Of a stretch of DNA of 64,000 nt, positions 55,804-64,000 are shown in pieces. Below the pieces are notes generated by a model. It was not told where the DNA came from and made no database searches. It saw only the letters and a list, made by a program, of their open reading frames with translations. The stretch lies in the NCBI GenBank assembly GCA_047722915.1, contig JBDNZQ010000011.1:20535-84534 (forward strand). Direction: 5' to 3'. How positions within the stretch are numbered: the first letter of the stretch is position 1; every line of letters begins with the position of its first letter. Source of the stretch: Sporolactobacillus sp. (GTDB taxonomy: Bacteria; Bacillota; Bacilli; Bacillales; Sporolactobacillaceae). A program made the translations under genes and the position numbers.

Positions 55804-56286
55804 TGCTCTCAAACGATTTTTTATTTTTTATTTCGAGAGGCTTAAAGATCTAGCTGCGCAGGAGCAGCGGCTAGCTAAATTAATAGAATCATCTCACCGG
55901 ATTGGCTTTTTTCGTCAAAACGGTAAAAGAAAAAGGTGCGGCGCATGCATGGTCGCTGCATCTTTTTCTTGCACGATAATGGGTTTCAAGACTGTTTGCG
56001 AGCAGCTGCATGATGCTGTTTTTTCGAAGCGGCAAACCGGATGAACGGTCGCATACGCCGGGTCTGTTAGGGATGTGCGCCCGGTTCACACCAAACGTAC
56101 AGTCGCAGCATGCACGCTTGAAACCTGCGTGGGCAGACATGCAAATTGTCGCTCACATGAGCGCCGCCGGCAATCTGATCAGGACGCACGACAATAAGTG
56201 AAACAGACTAATCAGGCGGTGTAACCGGATGCAGATGCTTGCCCGCGCCTGTATTTTACCTTATACTTTGATGGATCCTTTCTTAT

Positions 56287-56387
56287 ACGTAAAGGAAGAA
56301 TAAAGATTTCAGCGGGACTAAATATTAAGAAAAAGCTAAGACTCTTCTGTTATTTTTAAGGGCTTGGCGAAGCCAAGTTTTTCTAAC
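56287..56387 (+). repeat. M1 dispersed repeat, copy 9 (forward)
   Basis: ACGTAAAGGAAGAATAAAGATTTCAGCGGGACTAAATATTAAGAAAAAGCTAAGACTC...GGCTTGGCgaaGCCAAGTTTTTCTAAC. Confidence 0.85.
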
Positions 56388-56579
56388 AAGCAAAGAGATG
56401 ATATGATTTTTGACGTCATACCGGGAAAAACGGAGGTGTGAGGGCGCCTTGCGGCAACAACGTGCCGGGAGGCCCTGACGCTGGCCTGTTTGAGGAGGTT
56501 CGCGGTGCGCCCGCGACTAGCGAAACCGGAGCGCGGTTGCCTTAAAGGACCGGATCGCTTTTGCCCGGTTTTTCTTAAT
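56388..56579 (+). repeat. M2 GC-rich repeat module, long variant, fused to M1 copy 9
   Basis: It is colinear with 1143..1272 plus about 55 extra nt (CAACAACGTGCCGGGAGGCCCTGACGCTGGCCTGTTTGAGGAGGTTCGCGGTGCGC). It ends with GACCGGatcgcttttgCCCGGTTTTTCTTAAT. Confidence 0.8.
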
Positions 56580-56612
56580 AGATGGCAAGGATAGAAACGG
56601 CGGGATGCGGCG

Positions 56613-57398
56613 GTGGAGTATAAAGTAAAAATTGATGCTTTTGAAGGGCCGCTTGACCTGCTGCTGCATTTAATCAAAGAGTTTGAAATTGACATCTATG
56701 ATATTCCGGTGGCTGAGATTACCGATCAGTATTTACACTTTATTCATGATATGCAAGTACTCGAATTAAATGTGGCCAGTGAGTACCTCGTCATGGCGGC
56801 CACGCTGATTGCGATGAAAAGCCGAATGTTGCTTCCTCGTCCTGAACCGGTTGATGAATCGGAGGATGATGTCTTTGAGGATGCAGAGGATTCGCGCCAG
56901 ATGCTCATGCGTCGGCTTCAAGAATATAAGCAATTTAAAGAAATGGCGGCCACGCTGCGTGAGAGTGAGACGGATCGATTGCTATTTTTCTCCAAACCGG
57001 CAGACGTACTCGAAGGTATCGGCAAAAATCTTTTACTTATACCAAAAAGTGAACGTTCGAGCACACATGATTTAATGCGAGCTTTTCAGCATATGCTGCA
57101 GCGGCGCAGATTAGAGATGCCGCTCACGACTAAAATTGACCGGCAGTCTCTGCCGATCGGACGGCAGATGAGTGTCCTAATGAGCCGGTTAAAAAAAACG
57201 ACGACAGCGCTAAGCTTTTCGGCACTGTGTGATGCATATGACCGTTCTTCGCTGGTCGTCACTTTTTTGGCATTGCTTGAGTTGATGAAGAAACGGGCGA
57301 TAAAATGCACGCAGGCCGACAATTTTGCAGAGATTCAAATCGGGCTCGGAGAGGAGGCCGGTCAGTTTGACGGATCCAATGACATGTTCGATTATTGA
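56613..57398 (+). CDS. scpA: Segregation and condensation protein A
   Basis: 261 aa. GTG start. MEYKVKIDAFEGPLDLLLHLI is nearly identical to the B. subtilis ScpA N-terminus. Confidence 0.9.
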   Translation: MEYKVKIDAFEGPLDLLLHLIKEFEIDIYDIPVAEITDQYLHFIHDMQVLELNVASEYLVMAATLIAMKSRMLLPRPEPVDESEDDVFEDAEDSRQMLMRRLQEYKQFKEMAATLRESETDRLLFFSKPADVLEGIGKNLLLIPKSERSSTHDLMRAFQHMLQRRRLEMPLTTKIDRQSLPIGRQMSVLMSRLKKTTTALSFSALCDAYDRSSLVVTFLALLELMKKRAIKCTQADNFAEIQIGLGEEAGQFDGSNDMFDY

Positions 57399-57990
57399 AG
57401 GGCTGCTGTATGTCAGCGGTGAAGAGGGGGTGGCAGTCAACCAGGTGGCCAAAGTTTTGGATGATTGCGCAGAACAAGATATTCACCGCCTGATTAAGCA
57501 CATGAAACAGTCATATGATGACGACCCTGCTTGCGGCTTGACAATTGTTGATACACCTAGCGGGTACCGGCTAACGACCAAGCCTTCTTTGGCGTCCTAT
57601 GTGGAATGTTTTGCGGCCATCCCCAAAGCGTCCCCGCTGTCGCAGGCGGCGCTTGAGACAGTGGCCATTATTGCCTATCGACAGCCGGTATCGCGTATCG
57701 AGATTGATGATATTCGTGGCGTGAAGTCAGACCGCGCGCTGCACAGTTTGCTGCTTAAAGGCATGATCTGTGAAAAGGGGCGAGCTGACAGTGTGGGCAG
57801 GGCGATTCTTTACGGGGTGACGCCACTTTTTCTTGATTATTTTGGTTTCCGTTCCCTTGATGAATTGCCGCCGCTGTTTCACGCGGCACAAACGCCTAAC
57901 GAACAACTGGATGCCTATGATTTATTTTATGATAAATACAAAGAAACATTGAATGATCTAGAGACGCAGACGAAGGACGAATCCGTCTGA
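57379..57990 (+). CDS. scpB: Segregation and condensation protein B
   Basis: I prefer the ATG at 57379 (MTCSIIEGLLYVSGEEG). It contains LSQAALETVAIIAYRQPVSRIEIDDIRGVKSD. It overlaps scpA by 20 nt. Confidence 0.9.
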   Translation: MTCSIIEGLLYVSGEEGVAVNQVAKVLDDCAEQDIHRLIKHMKQSYDDDPACGLTIVDTPSGYRLTTKPSLASYVECFAAIPKASPLSQAALETVAIIAYRQPVSRIEIDDIRGVKSDRALHSLLLKGMICEKGRADSVGRAILYGVTPLFLDYFGFRSLDELPPLFHAAQTPNEQLDAYDLFYDKYKETLNDLETQTKDESV

Positions 57991-58012
57991 ACGCATATGT
58001 TGTCATGAATCG

Positions 58013-58042
58013 CCGCTCTAATAAATTAGAGCGGGTTTTTTC
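58013..58042 (+). terminator. Intrinsic terminator after scpB
   Basis: Stem CCGCTCTAA/TTAGAGCGG with loop TAAA, followed by GTTTTTTC. Confidence 0.75.
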
Positions 58043-58263
58043 TTGAGAGGAAAAATTGAAAAGATGTTCGGTTCTTTAGAACGCAGTGCTCCGGCTCGGC
58101 CAAGTTCTTTAAATGCGTGCTGCCACTTGTTCGAATTCACCTTTGCCTAAAGACCCTCCATTTTTTAATGAAGCCAACACCCACAATAAAATCGGTGGAA
58201 GAGGTGGGGTGTTCTGCGTGAGAATGATTCTAACAATCATATTCTGTTCCTTTATGCATAAGC

Positions 58264-59445
58264 ATGTATCAGAAAAGGGACAGGGGTGTGAGCGGGGTGA
58301 CTGTTTTTTTAAAAAAAATGCTGGTAGCGAGCGTGCTGCTACTGCTCGTTGTTCCGCTGTTTTCGCTGCACCGAACGTCCGCTCAAGCGCCGGCTGTATC
58401 GGCTCAGACCGCCGCGTTGATGGAATTAGCGACGGGTCGACTGCTTGATGCTAAAGACAGTCACCGGCGCCTGCCGATTGCCAGCATTACGAAAGTCATG
58501 ACCGCGCTTTTGGCAATTGAGTCGGGCAAAATGAACGATACGGTCGTCGTCAGTCCGGAGGCCATTCGTACGGAAGGCTCGTCTATTTATCTGAAAGCGG
58601 GCGAGAGGATCAAACTGCGTGATCTTGTCTATGGGTTGATGTTGCGTTCGGGCAATGATGCATCGCGGGCAATTGCCGAAGCGGTTGCCGGAAGCGAACA
58701 GGGTTTTGTTTTTCTTATGAACGAGAAAGCAAAAGCAATCGGTATGGATGACACGCACTTCGCCAACCCCAATGGTTTGCAGAATGATGCGCATTATTCC
58801 TCTGCCTACGACATGGCGTTACTGATGCGCGAAGCAATGCGTCAGCCCCTGTTCCGAAGGATAACAGGGACAAAGAGCTACAGTGTCCCGGCAACCAACC
58901 GATCGGAGGCACGGCTTTGGCTGAACAAGAATAAAATGCTGCGTCAATATCCTTTTGCGACCGGAGGGAAAACCGGCTATACCGAAGTCGCCGGTCGTAC
59001 ACTGATTTCAACGGCCAGTAAAGATGGCATGGAACTTGTCGCCGTGACACTCAATGACCGTGATGATTGGCGCGATCACAGCCGTTTGTTCGATTGGGGA
59101 TTTACAACGTATAAAGAAACGGTTGTTATGCACCGCGGCACGCTGAACGCAGATGTGTCCAAGCCTTATCGCGGGCATCTCTATGTCAAAGAAACGCTGC
59201 GTGTACCGCTTGCAGGCAGAGAAGCGGCACAAATAAAGAAAACATTGACACTGATCAAGTACACCGCTTTTTCGCGCGAGCGAATGAGCGATGAACCGTG
59301 CGGCAGCATGCAGATAAATGTCGGTAATAAGACGCTTGCCGAGGTGCCTGTCTACTATCAGGAGCAAGTTAAGAAGAGCAGTTTTCTGATAGATTTTGAA
59401 CAGGTGCTTGCCAGTTTGTTCAGCGGAGGGCGAAGCGATGATTAA
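58264..59445 (+). CDS. dacB: D-alanyl-D-alanine carboxypeptidase (PBP5* type, sporulation)
   Basis: Motifs SITK, SGN and KTG. It is followed by spmA-spmB, as in B. subtilis. The start codon is uncertain: in-frame GTGs at 58288 and 58297 are alternatives. Confidence 0.85.
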   Translation: MYQKRDRGVSGVTVFLKKMLVASVLLLLVVPLFSLHRTSAQAPAVSAQTAALMELATGRLLDAKDSHRRLPIASITKVMTALLAIESGKMNDTVVVSPEAIRTEGSSIYLKAGERIKLRDLVYGLMLRSGNDASRAIAEAVAGSEQGFVFLMNEKAKAIGMDDTHFANPNGLQNDAHYSSAYDMALLMREAMRQPLFRRITGTKSYSVPATNRSEARLWLNKNKMLRQYPFATGGKTGYTEVAGRTLISTASKDGMELVAVTLNDRDDWRDHSRLFDWGFTTYKETVVMHRGTLNADVSKPYRGHLYVKETLRVPLAGREAAQIKKTLTLIKYTAFSRERMSDEPCGSMQINVGNKTLAEVPVYYQEQVKKSSFLIDFEQVLASLFSGGRSDD

Positions 59446-60034
59446 TCTGGTCTGGGCGGCACTTTTTTTAACCGGTTTGCTGTATGCGGTTTGCAACGGC
59501 ACAATGGAGAGCGTGAACCGATCGCTGTTTGAATCGGCCGGCTATGCGGTATCAATCTGCATTGGCCTGATTAGTGTACTGATTTTCTGGGTCGGACTCA
59601 TGCGCATTGCTGAACGTTCAAGCCTGCTCAGCCAGCTATCACGCCTGTTTCGTCCGCTTATTCAGCTGCTTTTCCCGGAGGTGCCGGCGGGCCATCCGGC
59701 CATGGGCTATATTCTTTCAAATTTGATTGCAAATTTTTTCGGACTGGGCAATGCGGCGACACCGATGGGTATTAAAGCAATGGAGGAGCTCAAACGGCTC
59801 AACGATGGGGCGCGCGAGCCGAGCCGCTCAATGATTACACTGCTTGCACTCAATACGTCAGGACTGACGCTGATTCCGACAACTGTCATTGCGGTGCGCA
59901 TGCAAAATAAAGCATTGGCGCCTACCGACATCGTTGTACCGACGCTGTTAGCGACGCTTTGTACGACTATTGCAGCGCTTGTGATTGATCGATTGTTCTA
60001 TTATCGCCGCATGCGAAAGGGGCGCCGAAAATGA
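59438..60034 (+). CDS. spmA: Spore maturation protein A
   Basis: I prefer the ATG at 59438 after RBS GGAGGG (MINLVWAALFLTGLLYA). Nucleoside-recognition-type membrane protein. Confidence 0.85.
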   Translation: MINLVWAALFLTGLLYAVCNGTMESVNRSLFESAGYAVSICIGLISVLIFWVGLMRIAERSSLLSQLSRLFRPLIQLLFPEVPAGHPAMGYILSNLIANFFGLGNAATPMGIKAMEELKRLNDGAREPSRSMITLLALNTSGLTLIPTTVIAVRMQNKALAPTDIVVPTLLATLCTTIAALVIDRLFYYRRMRKGRRK

Positions 60035-60564
60035 CACAGCTGACAATGATGTCTGCATGGATCGTCCCCGTCCTGATTGCGGTCATTTTGTTGCATGCCA
60101 TGTTTCACCGTACGCCGTCCTATGAAGCATTTGTCGAAGGCGGAAAGGAGGGCATCAAACTGGCCGTGGCAATTATGCCCCCGCTCGTCGGTATGTTGAC
60201 AGCCATTGGTGTGTTCCGAGCATCGGGTGCAATGGATGCCTTAACCGGTCTTTTGCGGCCGCTGCTTGCCTTTGTCGGTATGCCACCGGAAGTTGTGCCA
60301 CTTGCCCTGCTTCGGCCCTTGTCAGGCAACGGCGCGCTCGGATTGACCGCAGAGTTGATACGCACATACGGACCGGACAGCTATATCGGCCGGCTCGCCT
60401 CTGTTATGCAGGGCAGCACGGATACGACGTTTTATGTCGTAACGGTTTATTTCGGCGCAGTCGGCATTCATCGTATCGGCGATGCGTTAAAGGTTGGACT
60501 GCTTGCCGATGCTGTTGGTGTTTGCAGCGCGATTTGGATTGTCAGCTCGATGTTTGGCAGATAG
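60031..60564 (+). CDS. spmB: Spore maturation protein B
   Basis: 177 aa membrane protein with an ATGA overlap with spmA. Confidence 0.85.
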   Translation: MTQLTMMSAWIVPVLIAVILLHAMFHRTPSYEAFVEGGKEGIKLAVAIMPPLVGMLTAIGVFRASGAMDALTGLLRPLLAFVGMPPEVVPLALLRPLSGNGALGLTAELIRTYGPDSYIGRLASVMQGSTDTTFYVVTVYFGAVGIHRIGDALKVGLLADAVGVCSAIWIVSSMFGR

Positions 60565-60826
60565 ATTGCTGACCCAAACAGTCCATGTACCCACTTACCC
60601 ATGCCATATTGCCTCAGACGGTTCTCTCCTTTTTTGCACATTCGCTCCTCACTCCAAAAAACACAGCCTGCGGCCGCTGCTTTGCTTTTTTCGTGCCGCT
60701 GTTTTCAAATGTTAAGCTCACGTATTTCTGGTTGTTCTGGCTTGTCGTCGCCTCAAAGCATGCGGCATGAAAAGAGCGGCTTGCACCGACTGCTTTGGCA
60801 CGATATGATAACGGTGAGGTGGAAAT

Positions 60827-61567
60827 ATGGAACGTTTGCAAAAAGTGATGGCGCAAGCCGGTGTGGCTTCGCGTAGAAAGGCAGAACAATTAATTATTGA
60901 GGGCCACGTGACGGTTAATGGCGAGACGGTCAAAGCACTGGGTACAAAAGTATCTGACAGTGATGCAGTAGCCGTTAACGGCGTACCTATCAACAGAGAG
61001 GCATACGTTTATTATTTGTTTTATAAACCGGTAGGTGTTATTTCGTCAGTGGCCGACGATCACGGACGGAGGACGGTTCTCGATTTTTTTCGCGACGTTC
61101 CGGAGCGCCTTTTCCCTGTGGGACGGTTGGATTACGATACATCAGGCGCGTTATTGCTGACAAATGACGGTGCTCTTGCCTACCAGCTGATGCATCCACG
61201 CTTTGAAGTTGATAAAACCTACATAGCTAAAGTGAGTCCGCCGCCTACAAAGGAGCAGCTTCGCAAAATAGCCGGTGGTCTGGCGCTTGAAGACGGCATG
61301 ACGGCAAAGGCAACTGTTGAACTTTTAAAAAGCGAAAAGGACCAATCTTTTGCGTCAGTTCGACTGACCATTCATGAAGGGCGCAACCGTCAAGTACGGC
61401 GCATGTTTGCATCACTGAACCTGCATGTGCGCAAATTGAAACGCGAATGTTACGGTTTTCTGACGCTAAACGGGCTGCATCCAGGTGACAGTCGCCGCCT
61501 CAAACCGCATGAGGTGAAATCTCTGTACGGATTGATTAATGAATCGCGAAAAGCTGACAGAAAATGA
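60827..61567 (+). CDS. rluB: 23S rRNA pseudouridine synthase B (RsuA/RluB family)
   Basis: 246 aa with an S4 domain (RLQKVMAQAGVASRRKAEQLI) and the catalytic GRLDYDTSGALLLTNDG. Confidence 0.85.
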   Translation: MERLQKVMAQAGVASRRKAEQLIIEGHVTVNGETVKALGTKVSDSDAVAVNGVPINREAYVYYLFYKPVGVISSVADDHGRRTVLDFFRDVPERLFPVGRLDYDTSGALLLTNDGALAYQLMHPRFEVDKTYIAKVSPPPTKEQLRKIAGGLALEDGMTAKATVELLKSEKDQSFASVRLTIHEGRNRQVRRMFASLNLHVRKLKRECYGFLTLNGLHPGDSRRLKPHEVKSLYGLINESRKADRK

Positions 61568-61569
61568 AC

Positions 61570-61596
61570 GACGATCGCAGAGTGATCGGCTTTTTT
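61570..61596 (+). terminator. Intrinsic terminator after rluB
   Basis: Stem CGATC/GATCG (extendable to include GC) followed by TTTTTT. Confidence 0.5.
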
Positions 61597-61732
61597 GTAC
61601 TGCATTTTTCGCCAAAATTGTTTACAATGTATGTAGTCAAACATAAAAAGTGTCCTCAATTTTTGCAATAAGTGGTTCAAACAGAAGGGAAGTATTCATC
61701 AAGCTTCATTTGATTAAAGGGGAGATTGCGCC

Positions 61733-62455
61733 ATGGCCGAGAGAAAGACAACTATTCTTGTCGTTGACGACGAAGAACGCATTCGCAAATTGCTGCGAAT
61801 TTATTTAGAAAGGGAAAATTACCGGATTGAAGAGGCCGAAGATGGTGAAACGGCGCTGAATATGGCGATCGAGCAAGATTACGATCTGATCTTGCTTGAT
61901 CTTATGCTACCTGGCATTGATGGTATTGAAATGTGTGAAAAACTTCGCGAATTTAAAGCGACGCCGATCATTATGCTGACTGCTAAAGGCGAGGAAGCAA
62001 ACCGTGTACAGGGCTTTGAAGTCGGGACAGACGATTATATCGTTAAACCGTTCAGCCCGCGTGAAGTGGTGCTGCGCGTCAAGGCGTTGCTCCGGCGAGC
62101 CTCAAGCACCAAATTTCTGGAGACGGAAACCTCGTCGAAAGACGTTGTTGTCTTTCCGCATCTTGTGATTGATCATGACGCTCATCGTGTGAAAGTGGAT
62201 AATCGGGAAGTGAGCCTGACACCGAAGGAATACGAATTGTTATACTATTTGGCGCAGAATCCTGATAAAGTGTTTTCTCGTGAACAGCTGCTGAAAGAAG
62301 TGTGGAATTACGAATTTTTTGGTGATTTGCGCACTGTTGATACTCACGTCAAGCGGTTGCGTGAAAAGCTGAACCGTGTGTCGCCTGAGGCAGCAGAAAT
62401 GATCGTTACGGTATGGGGTGTCGGCTACAAAATTGAGGTTGAAGCAGACGCATGA
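61733..62455 (+). CDS. resD: Response regulator ResD (OmpR family)
   Basis: 240 aa with long identical runs to B. subtilis ResD (ATPIIMLTAKGEEANRVQGFE.GTDDYIVKPFSPREVVLRVKALLRRAS, GDLRTVDTHVKRLREKLN.VSPEAA). It follows rluB. Confidence 0.8.
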   Translation: MAERKTTILVVDDEERIRKLLRIYLERENYRIEEAEDGETALNMAIEQDYDLILLDLMLPGIDGIEMCEKLREFKATPIIMLTAKGEEANRVQGFEVGTDDYIVKPFSPREVVLRVKALLRRASSTKFLETETSSKDVVVFPHLVIDHDAHRVKVDNREVSLTPKEYELLYYLAQNPDKVFSREQLLKEVWNYEFFGDLRTVDTHVKRLREKLNRVSPEAAEMIVTVWGVGYKIEVEADA

Positions 62456-64000
62456 TGCTGCGCAGCATGATTACGAAGCTGTGGGCAACTATTATTGCAT
62501 TGATGCTGCTTGTGCTCGTTTTTTTAACTTTTCTACTACTGCAGTTTTTTCAAAATAGCAGTTTACAGCAAACAGAGCAACAATTGGAAAATATTGCAAA
62601 TAAAGCAGTGCTTTTGATTGAAAAAAAAGGAGACGGAGCCGCTGCCCGTGGCGCGGTGGCGGATATCGCGGATGTCTATCATGCGGGTAGCGCACTTTTC
62701 ATTGACGGTCGCTACGTTCGACTGGCGGGCGGCAGCGGGCTTCCGGACGTAGAACGTCATTTTTTTGATGAGAACAGTCAGCTCAAGCCGGCGATCACCG
62801 GACGACAAACAGTGGCTGTTCAAGGGGTATCTGCTGCGACGAACGAACCGGTTCAACTCGTTGTTGTCGGCGTGCCCCTCGAACGCGGGCACGGTGCGGT
62901 TTTTGTCTATCAGTCGATTCAAATTGCACATAATGCAATGGATCGTTCAAAAAAATTAATCTATCTCAGTGTTGTTATTACTATTATTTTGACGACGTTC
63001 TTTGCCTTCTTCTTGTCGACACGCATTGGTTTGCCGCTGCGAAAGATGCGGCATGCGGCGCTGCAAGTTGCCCGCGGGAATTTTGATATGCCCGTTCCGG
63101 TTATTACGACAGATGAAGTCGGAGAGTTGGCCGTTGCTTTTAATGCCATGCGAAAGGAACTCAAATCCTATGTAGCAGCTTTAAAACAGGAAAAAGAGCA
63201 GCTGGCAGGCATTGTCGACAACATGGCTGACGGTGTGCTTTTTTTTGACGGAGGCCACCAGATTCGGGCGAGCAACCCACCTGCAGATCATTTTCTGAAA
63301 GCTTGGGCTTACGAAAATAATGAAAGTGTCGCTGACTGGGAAAAATTGCCGGATTTTCTTGGCGAGTGGATGAAGTATCCCTCCAATGCACAAAAACAGC
63401 ACGTCCAAGAATTGTCGGCTCAAGGCCGCTTCTTTGTTATCATTCTGACACCGCTTTTTGATGCGGATCGGCTGCGCGGTGCGGTGGCTGTGATTCGTGA
63501 TATGACAGAAGAACGCAAGCTCGACGAGATGAAAGAAGGCTTTGTGGCCAATGTCAGTCATGAATTGCGTACGCCAATCTCGATGATCCAAGGCTACAGT
63601 GAAGCGATTATTGACGATATTGCGGAAACCGATCAGGAAAAAAAGGAAATGGCGAAAATTGTGCTTGATGAGTCCAAGCGGTTGGGTCGTCTTGTCAGCG
63701 AATTGCTTGATCTTGCCAAGCTTGAAGCCGGGTATTTTCAACTGAATAAGCGCAATACGCGGATCGTCGACTTGTTTCATCATGCGGTTCATAAGTTTGA
63801 CAACTTGGCGCATAGCTCAAGCGTCAGTCTTACCTTGACTTTTGAGTTTGCCGGCAAACGTGATTTTGTTCTTGATCCGGATCGCATTGAACAAGTGCTG
63901 ACAAACTTGATCGATAATGCGCTGCGTCACACGCCTGAGCAGGGCGAGGTAGCGATAAAGGTCCGCAATACAAGCGATGATTTGTATGTCAGTGTTCATG
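62452..64000 (+). CDS. resE: Sensor histidine kinase ResE, N-terminal 516 codons (runs off the right edge; absent from the ORF track)
   Basis: The ATG at 62452 overlaps the resD stop (ATGA). The frame stays open to position 64000. It has TM1, an external domain, TM2, HAMP (DEVGELAVAFNAM), PAS, H-box SHELRTPISMIQGY and N-box NLIDNALRHT. The 210-aa ORF 63181..63813 on the - strand is antisense to it. Confidence 0.8.
   Translation, partial: MMLRSMITKLWATIIALMLLVLVFLTFLLLQFFQNSSLQQTEQQLENIANKAVLLIEKKGDGAAARGAVADIADVYHAGSALFIDGRYVRLAGGSGLPDVERHFFDENSQLKPAITGRQTVAVQGVSAATNEPVQLVVVGVPLERGHGAVFVYQSIQIAHNAMDRSKKLIYLSVVITIILTTFFAFFLSTRIGLPLRKMRHAALQVARGNFDMPVPVITTDEVGELAVAFNAMRKELKSYVAALKQEKEQLAGIVDNMADGVLFFDGGHQIRASNPPADHFLKAWAYENNESVADWEKLPDFLGEWMKYPSNAQKQHVQELSAQGRFFVIILTPLFDADRLRGAVAVIRDMTEERKLDEMKEGFVANVSHELRTPISMIQGYSEAIIDDIAETDQEKKEMAKIVLDESKRLGRLVSELLDLAKLEAGYFQLNKRNTRIVDLFHHAVHKFDNLAHSSSVSLTLTFEFAGKRDFVLDPDRIEQVLTNLIDNALRHTPEQGEVAIKVRNTSDDLYVSVH

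Noticed and set aside
55804-56286. Possible gene between ribT and scpA (ORFs 55676..56044, 55889..56140, 56010..56201)
   Set aside because: The frames are mutually overlapping, without RBSs or family motifs. B. subtilis has ypuF here, but I see no DUF309-like sequence. I left the region unannotated.
63181-63813. 210-aa - strand ORF
   Set aside because: It is antisense to the open resE frame, which carries clear HAMP, PAS and HisKA motifs. It is a shadow ORF. The same applies to 24846..25358, 28023..28667, 58426..59502 and other antisense ORFs inside well-supported genes.
1-64000. CRISPR arrays, tRNA/rRNA genes, prophage or defence-system genes
   Set aside because: There are no regularly spaced direct repeats, no tRNA T-arm/acceptor signatures, and no rRNA-like sequence. 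No ORFs have the nuclease, helicase or methylase motifs typical of defence islands. The only mobile-element trace is the ISL3 fragment.

Overview
This window is chromosomal core DNA from an endospore-forming Bacillales genome of roughly 50 % GC. Gene order parallels the B. subtilis bkd / yqj-yqk / spoIIA / spoVA / lysA / ypu / res segment. I support 62 protein-coding or pseudogene calls. They include an Hsp20 gene, a heterodimeric ABC exporter, a maltose phosphorylase operon and the branched-chain keto-acid dehydrogenase genes lpdV-bkdAA-bkdAB-bkdB. They also include polY1/dinB, rnz, amt, deoD, czcD, nudF, spoIIM, fur, xerD-like, punA and dacF-spoIIAA-spoIIAB-sigF. The right-hand end carries spoVAC-AD-AEb-AF, lysA, ribT, scpAB, dacB-spmAB, rluB and resDE. 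resE runs off the right edge and is missing from the ORF track. I saw no rRNA, tRNA or CRISPR array and no recognisable defence system. The points most worth a second look are listed here.
1. A dispersed ~100-bp intergenic repeat (M1) has at least 9 copies. It carries its own terminator-like end, sits directly behind terminators, and combines with a GC-rich second module (M2).
2. A ~1.1-kb low-GC islet is bracketed by two near-identical direct M1 copies.
3. A full-length XerD homologue in the canonical fur-yqkK-xerD-punA position has lost the catalytic Tyr and most other active-site residues.
4. A cassette with two LexA boxes holds a small ORF, a yolD-like gene and a decayed Y-family polymerase.
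5. A leader-peptide/attenuator lies in front of the asymmetric ABC exporter.
6. A 42-bp perfect palindrome overlaps the czcD promoter.
There are also several pseudogenes and reduced operons: no spoVAA/AB, no resABC, and no bkdR-ptb-bcd-buk. A Sporolactobacillus-like lineage is only a guess from gene content.
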